Positions 19,426 to 28,945 of a DNA stretch of 64,000 nucleotides are shown here, one piece after another. Numbering within the stretch: the first letter of the stretch is position 1; every line of letters starts with the position of its first letter. This DNA is from Candidatus Altarchaeum sp. (GTDB lineage: Archaea; Altiarchaeota; Altiarchaeia; Altiarchaeales; Altiarchaeaceae), in contig JAGWDQ010000044.1 in NCBI GenBank assembly GCA_018260615.1, forward strand, positions 1 to 64,000. The letters are read 5' to 3'. The position numbers and the translations under genes were made by a program. The notes under the pieces are model-generated. The model saw nothing but the letters and a program-made list of their open reading frames with translations. It searched no databases and was not told the DNA's origin.

Positions 19426-20481
19426 ATGGAAACATTAAATTTATTTCAGGGAAATGCAATAGAACTCGGAATCAGGACTTTGCAAAATTTCGGAATTCAG
19501 GAAGACATGGCCTCTTTGTTCGTTTATGGCAGTGTGGGGGTTTTGTTATTTGTTGTTGCTGCTGTTTTTGTGCTAATCCTGACTTATCTTGAAAGAAAAA
19601 TTTTAGCCGATGTTCAGGTCAGATTAGGGCCTATGACGGCAGGACCTCACGGAATATTACAGCCGCTTGCCGATGTAATGAAACTGATATTTAAAGAAGA
19701 CATAAAACCAAAAAACAGGGACAAATTGCTTTACTTTATCTCACCAGTTCTTGTTTTTATTCCCGTGCTTTTAATACTTGCCTTAATTCCTTTTAATGAA
19801 TTCTTTGCTTTTGCAAATGTGGGAGTCGGATTGCTGCTGTTGATCGCTTTCGGTTCAATTTCAACACTCGGAATGGTTATTGCAGGTTATAGTTCGGGAA
19901 ATAAATATTCTTTGCTCAGTTCATTAAGGGCTGCCGCACAGATGATGGCTTATGAAATTCCGATGCTTATTGTTGCTTTGAGTGTTGTTGTTCTTGCCGG
20001 AAGTATGAATTTAATAGACATAGTTAATGCACAGGTAAATTTATGGTTCGCAATTCCTTTATTTTTGGGATTGTTTGTATTTTTTGTTGCTACTATTGCC
20101 GAAATGGGAAGAGTTCCGTTTGATACAACTGAGGCGGAAAGCGAACTGATTGCGGGTTATCATATAGAATATAGCGGAATGAGGTTTGCTTTCTTTTATC
20201 TGGCAGAATACTTGCATTTGTTTGTCGGCTCTGCTTTAATTACCCTGCTGTTTTTGGGAGGGTGGAACGGGTTGTTTGCTATTCCGATGATTCCGGAAGC
20301 GGTTTCGGGCTTGTTCTGGTTTTTGATTAAGACATTTACTTTGATTTATGTGGCGATATGGATCAGGGGGACATTGCCGAGATTTAGAATTGACCAGGTG
20401 TTAAATTTGGGATGGAAATTTTTGATATTTGTTGCGTTGTTAAATTTGGCAGTCAGCGGGGCGATTGCGGTTATCTTTTAA
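19426..20481 (+). CDS. nuoH: Complex I-like subunit H
   Basis: RLGP, LQPLAD..KL..KE, PFDTTEAESEL, EYSG, RFRIDQ. Confidence 0.95.
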   Translation: METLNLFQGNAIELGIRTLQNFGIQEDMASLFVYGSVGVLLFVVAAVFVLILTYLERKILADVQVRLGPMTAGPHGILQPLADVMKLIFKEDIKPKNRDKLLYFISPVLVFIPVLLILALIPFNEFFAFANVGVGLLLLIAFGSISTLGMVIAGYSSGNKYSLLSSLRAAAQMMAYEIPMLIVALSVVVLAGSMNLIDIVNAQVNLWFAIPLFLGLFVFFVATIAEMGRVPFDTTEAESELIAGYHIEYSGMRFAFFYLAEYLHLFVGSALITLLFLGGWNGLFAIPMIPEAVSGLFWFLIKTFTLIYVAIWIRGTLPRFRIDQVLNLGWKFLIFVALLNLAVSGAIAVIF

Positions 20482-20490
20482 AAATTTAAA

Positions 20491-20788
20491 GTAACTATTC
20501 AGCCACCCCAAAAAATTACGGGTAAAAATTTAATTTTTACGCTCACTCCGTTCCACTCACTTCGTTCGTGTCTTTTCAAAACCTCTGCAGTTTTGAAAAT
20601 CGTGTATTTTAAAATTTCGTAAATTTTAAAATTGTATTTTTTTTGAAAATCTCACAGGTAATAAAAAAATCACGCTGATTTTTTTAGATTGAAAACTTGT
20701 AGTTTTCAGTATTTAAAAATACCAAAGTATTTTTAAAGATTGAAAATCTTATAGATTTTCAGTAATTTGACGCCCTCTGAATAGTTAC
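20491..20788. mobile_element. IS66-like MITE (298 bp) carrying family A and B repeats
   Basis: Perfect 12-bp TIR GTAACTATTCAG; perfect TSD AATTTAAA (20483-20490, 20789-20796); core homologous to the 17302 MITE in opposite orientation. Confidence 0.9.
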
Positions 20789-20809
20789 AATTTAAAATTT
20801 ATGCGGGGT

Positions 20810-22267
20810 TTAAATTAAAAGCAAATATCTCAATGGCAACTTGATAAATTTGTCATCAATTAATTCAAGTTCGTCATTACCTATACTTATTCCGTAAGAA
20901 AAATTTTTTATCTTTTTAGATGTCTCTTTTATCTGCTTTATTCCATAGTCCTCTTTGTTAAAACCAATTTCAATAACGAGCTCTTTATCATCATTCCTTA
21001 AAATAAAATCAGCACCTTTTTCCGAAGAATCATACATAAATTCCATCCTCCTGCATAATTTTTTAAAGTCCTTAATAAATACCAGTCCGCAGTAATCTTC
21101 AAGTATTTTGCCTTTTATCTCCGGAGGATATCTCCCTTGTAACAGAGATGACCGCAGCGATGGTGAAATGAATAAATATTTTACCGGCTTTCTCGCTTTT
21201 GCATAAGCACCGCCATAACTTCTGATTTTTATTATAATTCCGGCCATAACCAAAACATCTAACAATGAAGTTAATGTCTTATTGTCAATATTTAAGGACT
21301 TGCCCAATTTTTCATAACTTATTACATCTGATTTTGCTAAAAGATAGAGCAAATTATATATCTTTTGTATTGTTTCCGAATTGAATTTTTTAAGTGTTAT
21401 AATGTCTTTTGTGATTAACTTTTCAATCACATTTTGTATTAATTTATAACATCTTTCCTTATTTGTTGTCTTTATTACAAATGGAAATCCTCCGATATCC
21501 AAAAAATCATACTCAATTTTAGGTGGCAAATTGGCAAATAAACGATTCACTTCCAATGAAATGGACATAACGGACTCATACATTTGTCTTGCGTTTTCAC
21601 TTTCCAATAGACATCTTAATAATGTATCTGAAAGATCCGGGACTGGAAATTTTATGTTTTTCAATTTCAGATATTCAGTAAATTTAAGCGGATAAATTTC
21701 TTCTGTACTTGCCCTTCTTGAAAGGTCCGGATTCATATTAAGACATAAAGCAGAAGACCCTGTTGCGAGTATTAAAACATTTCTGTGTCCCATTGTTCTG
21801 TCAAAAATCGTCTTTAAGAAAAGCCCCCATTGTTCATCATAGTGAACTTCATCAAGCAAAATTAAAATTTTTTTGTTCAGATTCTCAAACTTAAATCTTT
21901 TTAGATCTTCATAAAAACGAAAGAACTCATTTAAAGTAATTCCTTCCAAATGTAATTCGCTTACATCAAGATAAATTTTTTCATATTCCTGAGTAAATAT
22001 TTTCTGATTACCTGCAAATTTCTGAGCATAAAAAATTTGTGCAAAAAGCGTTGTTTTTCCAACACCTCTAATTCCAGACAAAAGATTGATTTTTTCAAGT
22101 TCATCAGTTTGATTATTCAAAAATTTTTCCAAAAGCACTTCGTAATGAGAAAAAATATGTCTGGTTGGTAATAAATTGTTGTTTTCATCATAAATGTATG
22201 CTGACAGAAAATTATCAAGTCCTTCTGTCCATAGCCGGTAAAAATTTTCTATTTTTGTATTCTCCAT
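20810..22267 (-). CDS. AAA_14/DUF4143-type ATP-binding protein
   Basis: GIRGVGKTT, LLDEVH, ATGSS, wHTH region, C-terminal ADF..EIG nuclease-like motif. Confidence 0.85.
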   Translation of the reverse strand: MENTKIENFYRLWTEGLDNFLSAYIYDENNNLLPTRHIFSHYEVLLEKFLNNQTDELEKINLLSGIRGVGKTTLFAQIFYAQKFAGNQKIFTQEYEKIYLDVSELHLEGITLNEFFRFYEDLKRFKFENLNKKILILLDEVHYDEQWGLFLKTIFDRTMGHRNVLILATGSSALCLNMNPDLSRRASTEEIYPLKFTEYLKLKNIKFPVPDLSDTLLRCLLESENARQMYESVMSISLEVNRLFANLPPKIEYDFLDIGGFPFVIKTTNKERCYKLIQNVIEKLITKDIITLKKFNSETIQKIYNLLYLLAKSDVISYEKLGKSLNIDNKTLTSLLDVLVMAGIIIKIRSYGGAYAKARKPVKYLFISPSLRSSLLQGRYPPEIKGKILEDYCGLVFIKDFKKLCRRMEFMYDSSEKGADFILRNDDKELVIEIGFNKEDYGIKQIKETSKKIKNFSYGISIGNDELELIDDKFIKLPLRYLLLI

Positions 22268-22326
22268 TTTGTATGTTTTGATTTATAAAATCAATTTATA
22301 GAATTAGAATTAGATTAAAATATGCA

Positions 22327-22420
22327 TTTTATTGGGAATAGAATCCCATTAAAACACCATTTTTATTGGGAATAGAATCCCATTAAAACAGGAGTTTTAT
22401 TAGGAATGGACTCCCATTAA
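22327..22420. repeat. Three tandem 34-bp-period repeats with internal palindrome TGGGA-N6-TCCCA
   Basis: TTTTATTGGGAATAGAATCCCATTAAAACA at 22327 and 22361, degenerate copy at 22395. Confidence 0.9.
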
Positions 22421-22439
22421 CCCAAATTTCCCATATGTC

Positions 22440-23708
22440 TTATATATTTATCTCCTCAATCCTCAAAAATTTTTGCTCACCGCTCTCCATATCCCTCAAA
22501 GTAACCTTGTTTTCCTCAACCTCTTTCTTTCCGACAACAACAACATACCTGTATTTGTTATTTGCATACTCCATCGCCTTTCTGACTTTTCTGTTCATTA
22601 TATCCAAATCCGCTATAATATTTCTTTCCCTTAGTTCTTTTACTACTTTAACACAATAGCCCTTAAATTCCTCACTGACGAATGTAATTAAAATTTTCCT
22701 GTTTTCAAATTTAGGGCTCAAATTTTGCATCTTCAGCGCCTCAATCACTCTGTCAAACCCGTAGGCAAACCCGACTGCCGGAGTGTTTTTGCTTTTATTA
22801 TCCTGAACTCCTTTATCTTCCGAAAACAATCCGATAAGATTATCATATCTCCCCCCGCCGCAAATCTGCATATTATTCGCGTGAATCTCAAATACCGTTG
22901 AAGTATAGTAATCCAGTCCGCGAACAGTGTTAAAATTTATAACATAATCAACACCATATAATTCCGCAAATTTTAAAACATTTTCCAGTTCGTCAATTCC
23001 TTCAATCGCTTCCCCGCAGTCATTCAGTAAATTTTTTAAATCGCTTAAATTTTCCCTGTTTCCCTTAAATGAAAGAACTTTGTTTAAAATTTCTCCCCTG
23101 TCAGTCCTTTTTAAAATTTCATTAACTCCTTCATCATTATGCTTGTCAATATAGTGCAAAATTTTTTTCTTGTCTTCCTCTCTTAAATTTGCCGAATTCA
23201 GAACCCCCTTAATTACCTTTATATTACTGAGCTCCAGAACAAAATTTAAATTTAAGGACTTTAAGCCCTCATAAGCCAGAGAAATAACTTCCGCATCGCT
23301 TTCCGGATTATTACTTCCGATCAATTCAACCCCCAGATGCCAGAATTCCCTGTATCTCGCATGCTGCGGCTCATCATATCTAAATACGGGACAAAAATAG
23401 TAAAATTTCAAAGGAAAGGCAAAATTTTTAAAATTTTCAGTGAAAAAACGAGCGGTTGAAGCGGTCTGCTCCGGTTTCAGGCATACCTCTCTGTTTCCTT
23501 TATCCTTAAATACAAACATACTTTCAGTGATTTCCTCTCCTGATTTTAATGTGAATATATTTGTGTATTCAACCGTCGGGGTTAAAATTTCGTCAAATCC
23601 GTATAATTTAAATTTTTTTTCTACTGCTTCTCTCACATAGTTCCTTATTTTCATATCATCGGGCAAAAAATCCCGGAAACCCCTTAATTTTTCTGTTTTG
23701 ATGTCCAT
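22440..23708 (-). CDS. hisS: Histidyl-tRNA synthetase
   Basis: LRGFRDF, FRYDEPQ..RYREF, RGLDYYT, GGGRYD. Confidence 0.97.
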   Translation of the reverse strand: MDIKTEKLRGFRDFLPDDMKIRNYVREAVEKKFKLYGFDEILTPTVEYTNIFTLKSGEEITESMFVFKDKGNREVCLKPEQTASTARFFTENFKNFAFPLKFYYFCPVFRYDEPQHARYREFWHLGVELIGSNNPESDAEVISLAYEGLKSLNLNFVLELSNIKVIKGVLNSANLREEDKKKILHYIDKHNDEGVNEILKRTDRGEILNKVLSFKGNRENLSDLKNLLNDCGEAIEGIDELENVLKFAELYGVDYVINFNTVRGLDYYTSTVFEIHANNMQICGGGRYDNLIGLFSEDKGVQDNKSKNTPAVGFAYGFDRVIEALKMQNLSPKFENRKILITFVSEEFKGYCVKVVKELRERNIIADLDIMNRKVRKAMEYANNKYRYVVVVGKKEVEENKVTLRDMESGEQKFLRIEEINI

Positions 23709-24017
23709 ATTTTTTAATTTCTCTTTTTAATTTACTCTGACTGAAAAATTTTTACAAGTATTGTTACACAATTATGAGCAAAAATAAAAGAATGAAAATT
23801 TAACTATTCAGGCGGTAATAAAATTCATCACAATTACGTTCACATCGTTCAAGGGCAAATAATAATTATACAAAAACATATAATATTAATTATACATAAT
23901 TGTATTATACAAAAACGACAAATAATAATTATACAAAAACATATAATATTAATTGCGCATAAGGTAAAAATGAAAAATCCATTTGTATTCGGGGTAGAGG
24001 TTTGTTAAATTTCTAAA

Positions 24018-24080
24018 ATGGAAACACTGCTTCCAAAACCAAAAACGCGGGGAAAAATTTCCGTTGAAGAAAGTAAATGA
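24018..24080 (+). pseudogene. 5' fragment copy of the nitroreductase gene at 26099
   Basis: METLLPKPKTRGKISVEE vs MEITTLPEPKTKGKISFEE. Confidence 0.7.
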
Positions 24081-24169
24081 GTATTTTTCCTGAATTTTTA
24101 ACATTATTCTTTTAAACTAAATAATTTCCTAATTTACTAATATAAAATTTATTTATCAATATAGTAAAA

Positions 24170-25444
24170 ATGCAAATCAAAGAAATAAAAATAGAAAACT
24201 TTAAAGGAATATCTTATTTGAAGTTTTCTCCAAAAAAAATAAACTTAATTGTAGGAAGGAACAATACTGGCAAAACCAGCGTTTTGGAAGCAATTGATTT
24301 GTTATTTAATCCTGAAAATATAGTGCAAATGTATGGTGAACATCTTTCGGATATAATTCATACAGAGACCGAATATTCAGAACTTGTAGCGAAGATAGGT
24401 AAAAGCAAAAAGAAATTAAGGATATCAAAATCATACAAAAGCGAAGTGATTTACCAATTCAAGAAAGACGTTACTGGGGCATTTATTAGGTCATTAAACA
24501 AATTTTTTGCTCTTATTAACCTTCCTGAAAACATCATAGATACAGAAGAAATCAGACACAAATTAGAAAACAAAATGGATGAAGCAATAACTCCTGAGAT
24601 AATAGGCATCATATCAAAAAAGAGTGTGTGTCTCTTAAAAGACAGCGAAGATAAAACAGTAAGGTATCACTTGCCATTTTCAGAATATTCTCGAATTTCT
24701 CGCATTTTACTTCCTGTGTCGCTCGAGATTTTCGAACAAATATCTAAACAGGGTACAAAGTCGTTGAATGAAAAGGTTTTGTCATATGACGAGGTTTTGT
24801 CAGTTATAAATGCCAATATGTTTGAGATGTTCTCACTTTTTGAACATCCCACAAAAATTTCGGGAGGGAAAAATGTAGTTTTAATAAAAGATTTATCTGG
24901 TGTGAAATTTGAACTGGAAGAAAAAGACGCAGAAATGAAAAGGAAAATTAGGAATATAGAATCCATTATAAAAGAGCATAATTTGATTGAAAATTTAGAA
25001 AGATTGGATTTTGACTATGTTACATTTAAAGATAAAAATGAAAAATTAAGTTTTGTTCCATTTTCTTTTTTAGGTGATGGTTTTAAAGTAATGGTTGGCT
25101 TGCTGTGGCATATTTCCTCACCAAATATGGAGAATAAAATTGTCCTGCTTGATGAGCCGGAAACCCACATGCATCCTGGTTATATTCTGGAATTAATAAA
25201 GTTCCTTATCAAATTTTCAGATAAACTAAACATCCGGTTTTTCATAACGACTCATAGCTGGGACTTTCTTGATTTGTTGCTTGACAAGGATAATTTTTCA
25301 CAAGAAGATCAAAAATATTTGGAAAAGGACTTATTGTTGTTAAGAATGGATAAATTAGATGATTCTACTATTCCGACCATTTCGGACTATAAAGATGCCA
25401 AATATGCAAAGGACAAGCTTTTCCTGGATTTAAGAGGAATTTAA
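24170..25444 (+). CDS. ABC-type AAA_15/AAA_21 ATPase
   Basis: GRNNTGKTS, LGDG, LLDEPETHMHP, ITTHS. Confidence 0.9.
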   Translation: MQIKEIKIENFKGISYLKFSPKKINLIVGRNNTGKTSVLEAIDLLFNPENIVQMYGEHLSDIIHTETEYSELVAKIGKSKKKLRISKSYKSEVIYQFKKDVTGAFIRSLNKFFALINLPENIIDTEEIRHKLENKMDEAITPEIIGIISKKSVCLLKDSEDKTVRYHLPFSEYSRISRILLPVSLEIFEQISKQGTKSLNEKVLSYDEVLSVINANMFEMFSLFEHPTKISGGKNVVLIKDLSGVKFELEEKDAEMKRKIRNIESIIKEHNLIENLERLDFDYVTFKDKNEKLSFVPFSFLGDGFKVMVGLLWHISSPNMENKIVLLDEPETHMHPGYILELIKFLIKFSDKLNIRFFITTHSWDFLDLLLDKDNFSQEDQKYLEKDLLLLRMDKLDDSTIPTISDYKDAKYAKDKLFLDLRGI

Positions 25445-25446
25445 AA

Positions 25447-26097
25447 ATGAAGAGGATAATCATTTGTGAAGGAAAACATGATAGTATTTTCTTACGCGCA
25501 CTATTTCCCAAAATTGGCATTCCTGATAAAGATATAGAAATATTTGATCAGGGGGAGCGTGATAAAAAGGAAGATTTGAGAAATATAGAAACAAAAATAG
25601 TCGGTAAATTTCTCAGCCCTTACGGACCTTACAGTTCTTGTAAAATTTTGGTAAAGTCAGAAGAGGGAAAGGGTAACGCGATTCATCTGTTTGCAGAATA
25701 TTTAACAACATGGATACAAAACTTTGAAACATTTTTGATGCTGGACTTAGATACTTCTCTTTATAAACAAAACAAGTCGGGTAAAAGCAGGGAGAAAAAA
25801 ACAAGAATTGAAAGAATGTTAAATAAATTAAAAGAGATGATAAAAAACAAACATGGAAATTTTGAAATAGAGTGTGAAGATATAAAAGATAGTGAATTGT
25901 TGGTAAGAAAATGTTATCTAAAAGATAAAAACGGCAACCAACGAGTAGGAAGCCCATTTTATCTAATTTTGTTTGTTCATTCGTTAGAAGAAGAAGCTAA
26001 CAGGACAGTCCCCTCTGATAATGTTGATATTGAAGGTAAAATATCCAAACTTGTTGAACTGCCCGATATTCAAGACACATTTTCGTCATTATTTTAA
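25447..26097 (+). CDS. TOPRIM-like partner protein (RloB/DUF3226/DUF4435-type)
   Basis: N-terminal ICEGKHD and MLDLD (DxD) motifs; directly follows the ATPase. Confidence 0.6.
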   Translation: MKRIIICEGKHDSIFLRALFPKIGIPDKDIEIFDQGERDKKEDLRNIETKIVGKFLSPYGPYSSCKILVKSEEGKGNAIHLFAEYLTTWIQNFETFLMLDLDTSLYKQNKSGKSREKKTRIERMLNKLKEMIKNKHGNFEIECEDIKDSELLVRKCYLKDKNGNQRVGSPFYLILFVHSLEEEANRTVPSDNVDIEGKISKLVELPDIQDTFSSLF

Positions 26098-26098
26098 A

Positions 26099-26671
26099 AT
26101 GGAAATCACAACACTTCCGGAACCAAAAACAAAAGGAAAAATTTCGTTTGAAGAAGCAATATTTAAAAGGAAGTCGCACAGGAAATTTACGGCTGAAAAT
26201 TTAAGCACGGATGAAATTTCACAGTTATTATGGGCTGCTTACGGAAGGAACAAAGACCGCAAAGTTGTCCCGTCGGCAGGGGCAACATATCCCTTTGAAA
26301 TTTATATAAATTTAAGCGATGGAATCTATAAGTATGAAAGTGACAGGCATAAAATTTTAAAGGTTGTTGAGGGAAACAAAAGTGAATTATTATATTATGC
26401 GGCATTACATCAAGAGTGCGTAAAAAATGCGAAAGCAACAATTATTCTCGCTGTCAATTACGAAAAAATTAAGGTAAGATACGGAGACAGAAGCATTAGA
26501 TATACACACTTTGAGGCAGGTCATATTGCCCAGAATATTTGTCTGCAGGCGGAAGCATTAAATTTGGGAAGTGTATGTATCGGTGCGTTTGATGAAGAAA
26601 AGGTTGCGAAAATAATAAATTTAGATGAAAATTTAAAAGCAATTTACATGATTTGTGTGAGTAAAATTTAA
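26099..26671 (+). CDS. SagB/ThcOx-family nitroreductase
   Basis: RKSHRKF, PSAGATYP, EAGHIAQN..LQA, GSVCIGAF. Confidence 0.9.
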   Translation: MEITTLPEPKTKGKISFEEAIFKRKSHRKFTAENLSTDEISQLLWAAYGRNKDRKVVPSAGATYPFEIYINLSDGIYKYESDRHKILKVVEGNKSELLYYAALHQECVKNAKATIILAVNYEKIKVRYGDRSIRYTHFEAGHIAQNICLQAEALNLGSVCIGAFDEEKVAKIINLDENLKAIYMICVSKI

Positions 26672-26692
26672 TTTGACATTTACTATTTACTT

Positions 26693-26893
26693 TCACTCCT
26701 CTTCATCAAAAATAAATAATTCATCAATTTTAGAGTTAAGTGCTTTCGCTATGTCATACGCAAGTTTAAGTGAAGGGTTGTATTTTCCCTTTTCAAGAAA
26801 GACAATGGTCTCTCTTCTGACACTAACTTTTTTTGCTAATTCTTCTTGTGTCAAATTGTATCTTGCCCGAAATTCTTTGAGTCGTGTTTTCAT
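26693..26893 (-). CDS. XRE-family HTH regulator
   Basis: [25 protein letters not shown]. Confidence 0.92.
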   Translation of the reverse strand: MKTRLKEFRARYNLTQEELAKKVSVRRETIVFLEKGKYNPSLKLAYDIAKALNSKIDELFIFDEEE

Positions 26894-26940
26894 TCTTTAA
26901 ACTTTCAAACTGAAATTATTGTAATTAATTCAAACTAATT

Positions 26941-28125
26941 TTATGCAAACAACTCGCTATTCACCAAAATATCTGGTTTTTCGCCTTTTGGAACTTTCAC
27001 TTCCAAACCTAAAATTACATAGGATTCTTTATTTGTTTTTCCTTTCCAACCCGTTTCAAATTCATCCTCTTTCAAAGTATCTACTCCAAATTTACCTTGC
27101 TCCATAAAGTATTTCTGCCTTATATCAAGGATGTTGTCACCATATTGCACCCTTTCAAGAGAAAGTTCATATTCTTTATTTTTTTCAACATTGAATGTTG
27201 CAACAGGTGCCCAGCCAATAATAACTCCGTTGTTAATTTTGACTCTTGTTTTCAGAGATTTTAGTGGTTTTGTATCTATTTTACCCTTTACCTGAATCCA
27301 GATAATGTATCCGTCATAATCTGGCATTTTCCAAAAACTTGAGTTTATCCGGTAAATTTCTATAGCATCCCATATTTCTGAGTGTGTTGTTTCCTCTCCA
27401 AAAGGTTTATCTTCTGTACCTTTTCCTGTCCCTGCACTATATAATCTGGCTTCGAGGATAAGACCATGAGTTTCCGGAGAAATAAAATCCTCCTTAAACA
27501 TCCATGTCTGATTAGTTATATTGTATTGTTCATCACATACTGATGGAGCAGAACATATCTCATGATCTATTGAAACATGTTCCATCATCGGCGGAAAAAT
27601 ATACTCCTGAATTATGGCTGGTCCGATGAGTATAGTAAATGCCATTAAAATTCCAAGCCCTATTTCAGTCAATGTCAATATCATCTTATCTGTTTTTTCA
27701 TCATCTCGTTCATGCAGATAATAAGATACCATGTATATAATGAATCCGGCAGCAAAAGCAACTTCTATAAGAGATGAAAAAATTTGCTCATCTATTATAT
27801 CAAAACCCAATAATGCTATTAAAATCGCTATTGAAGCTACAAGAAATATAAAACCCTTTTTTGATGCTTTTAAAGTGTTTAATTCCGTTCGCTCATCAAT
27901 TCTAATTCTTACTTCACCTGTTCTTTTATATTGAATGATTTCGTAAAGAGAATAAAGTGCAATAATAGTTCCCAGTAATATGAGTAATCCTGAGATTAAG
28001 TATTCTGGGGTGGATACAGCGCCTCTAAAATATAACCACATTACCCCACACATAGTAAAAAATATACCTAATATTGCCCATCTGTATGGTATTTGAGATT
28101 GTTTATTTATTTGTTCGTTTTTCAT
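26941..28125 (-). CDS. DUF2178-like membrane protein with C-terminal soluble domain
   Basis: IDERT..N.LKAS motif between TM segments. Confidence 0.65.
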   Translation of the reverse strand: MKNEQINKQSQIPYRWAILGIFFTMCGVMWLYFRGAVSTPEYLISGLLILLGTIIALYSLYEIIQYKRTGEVRIRIDERTELNTLKASKKGFIFLVASIAILIALLGFDIIDEQIFSSLIEVAFAAGFIIYMVSYYLHERDDEKTDKMILTLTEIGLGILMAFTILIGPAIIQEYIFPPMMEHVSIDHEICSAPSVCDEQYNITNQTWMFKEDFISPETHGLILEARLYSAGTGKGTEDKPFGEETTHSEIWDAIEIYRINSSFWKMPDYDGYIIWIQVKGKIDTKPLKSLKTRVKINNGVIIGWAPVATFNVEKNKEYELSLERVQYGDNILDIRQKYFMEQGKFGVDTLKEDEFETGWKGKTNKESYVILGLEVKVPKGEKPDILVNSELFA

Positions 28126-28165
28126 TTTCGTTAAGTTTTGGTATTTATTTTAAATTTTTAAAAAT

Positions 28166-28813
28166 TTATTGTATCTTTACCGCGATCACAAATATACCTA
28201 TTCCGACAAGTAAAATAGCCCTTACAAGAGTAACAAACAGAGCATTGTCTATTGCACCAAAAGCCAATAATCCGTTTATAATTGCCAGAGAAATCATTAA
28301 AAAGAAATAGCCCCATTTTGCCGAGTGTGAGATATTTATGTTTATCCGCTCATCTACCCAAACATTCACCTTGCCTGTCTTTTTGTAGTTATAAATTTCA
28401 TGAATAAAATAAATTGTTATCCCTATTCCCATTATTACTATCACAAGTGCGAAATATCCTACATCCGAAAAGAACACCCACAAAATTCCCCAAAGGGTGA
28501 TAATTATTCCAATAATTGTCCCCCAATACGGAATTTGTTTATTTATATTTGTTCCTTCATCAAACGATGTTTCTTCTTCATCCTTTCCCTTTCTATACTT
28601 ATAATTCTTATAAATAACATAAAGGATAATTGCCCCTCCGAGTGCTACATACGGAATTGGTTCATCCTCTTTTGATATGTTAAAATCAAATATCGCGATT
28701 AATATTCCGGCACTAATAATAATCACACCAAATATTAATATCTCCAACTCCATTATGCTTCTTTTCTTTTTTGTTTTTTCCGTTGATGTATTTTCTTCCT
28801 TTTCCATTTTCAC
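28166..28813 (-). CDS. DUF2178-like membrane protein, paralog of 26941
   Basis: INKQIPY..., YKKTGKV..VDERININISHSA. Confidence 0.65.
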   Translation of the reverse strand: MKMEKEENTSTEKTKKKRSIMELEILIFGVIIISAGILIAIFDFNISKEDEPIPYVALGGAIILYVIYKNYKYRKGKDEEETSFDEGTNINKQIPYWGTIIGIIITLWGILWVFFSDVGYFALVIVIMGIGITIYFIHEIYNYKKTGKVNVWVDERININISHSAKWGYFFLMISLAIINGLLAFGAIDNALFVTLVRAILLVGIGIFVIAVKIQ

Positions 28814-28945
28814 TAAATTTATTATATATTTTTAACTTTTTATTAATTATTTCTAACTAAAAGTTAGATTTATATAACATATTAGGATTTAATATAAATA
28901 AATAAATAAATAAAAATATTTTTTCAGAAGAAAGAAAACTTCATT

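Noticed and set aside
22327-22420. Possible CRISPR array
   Set aside because: Only 4 nt between units, so no spacers; no cas genes in the window
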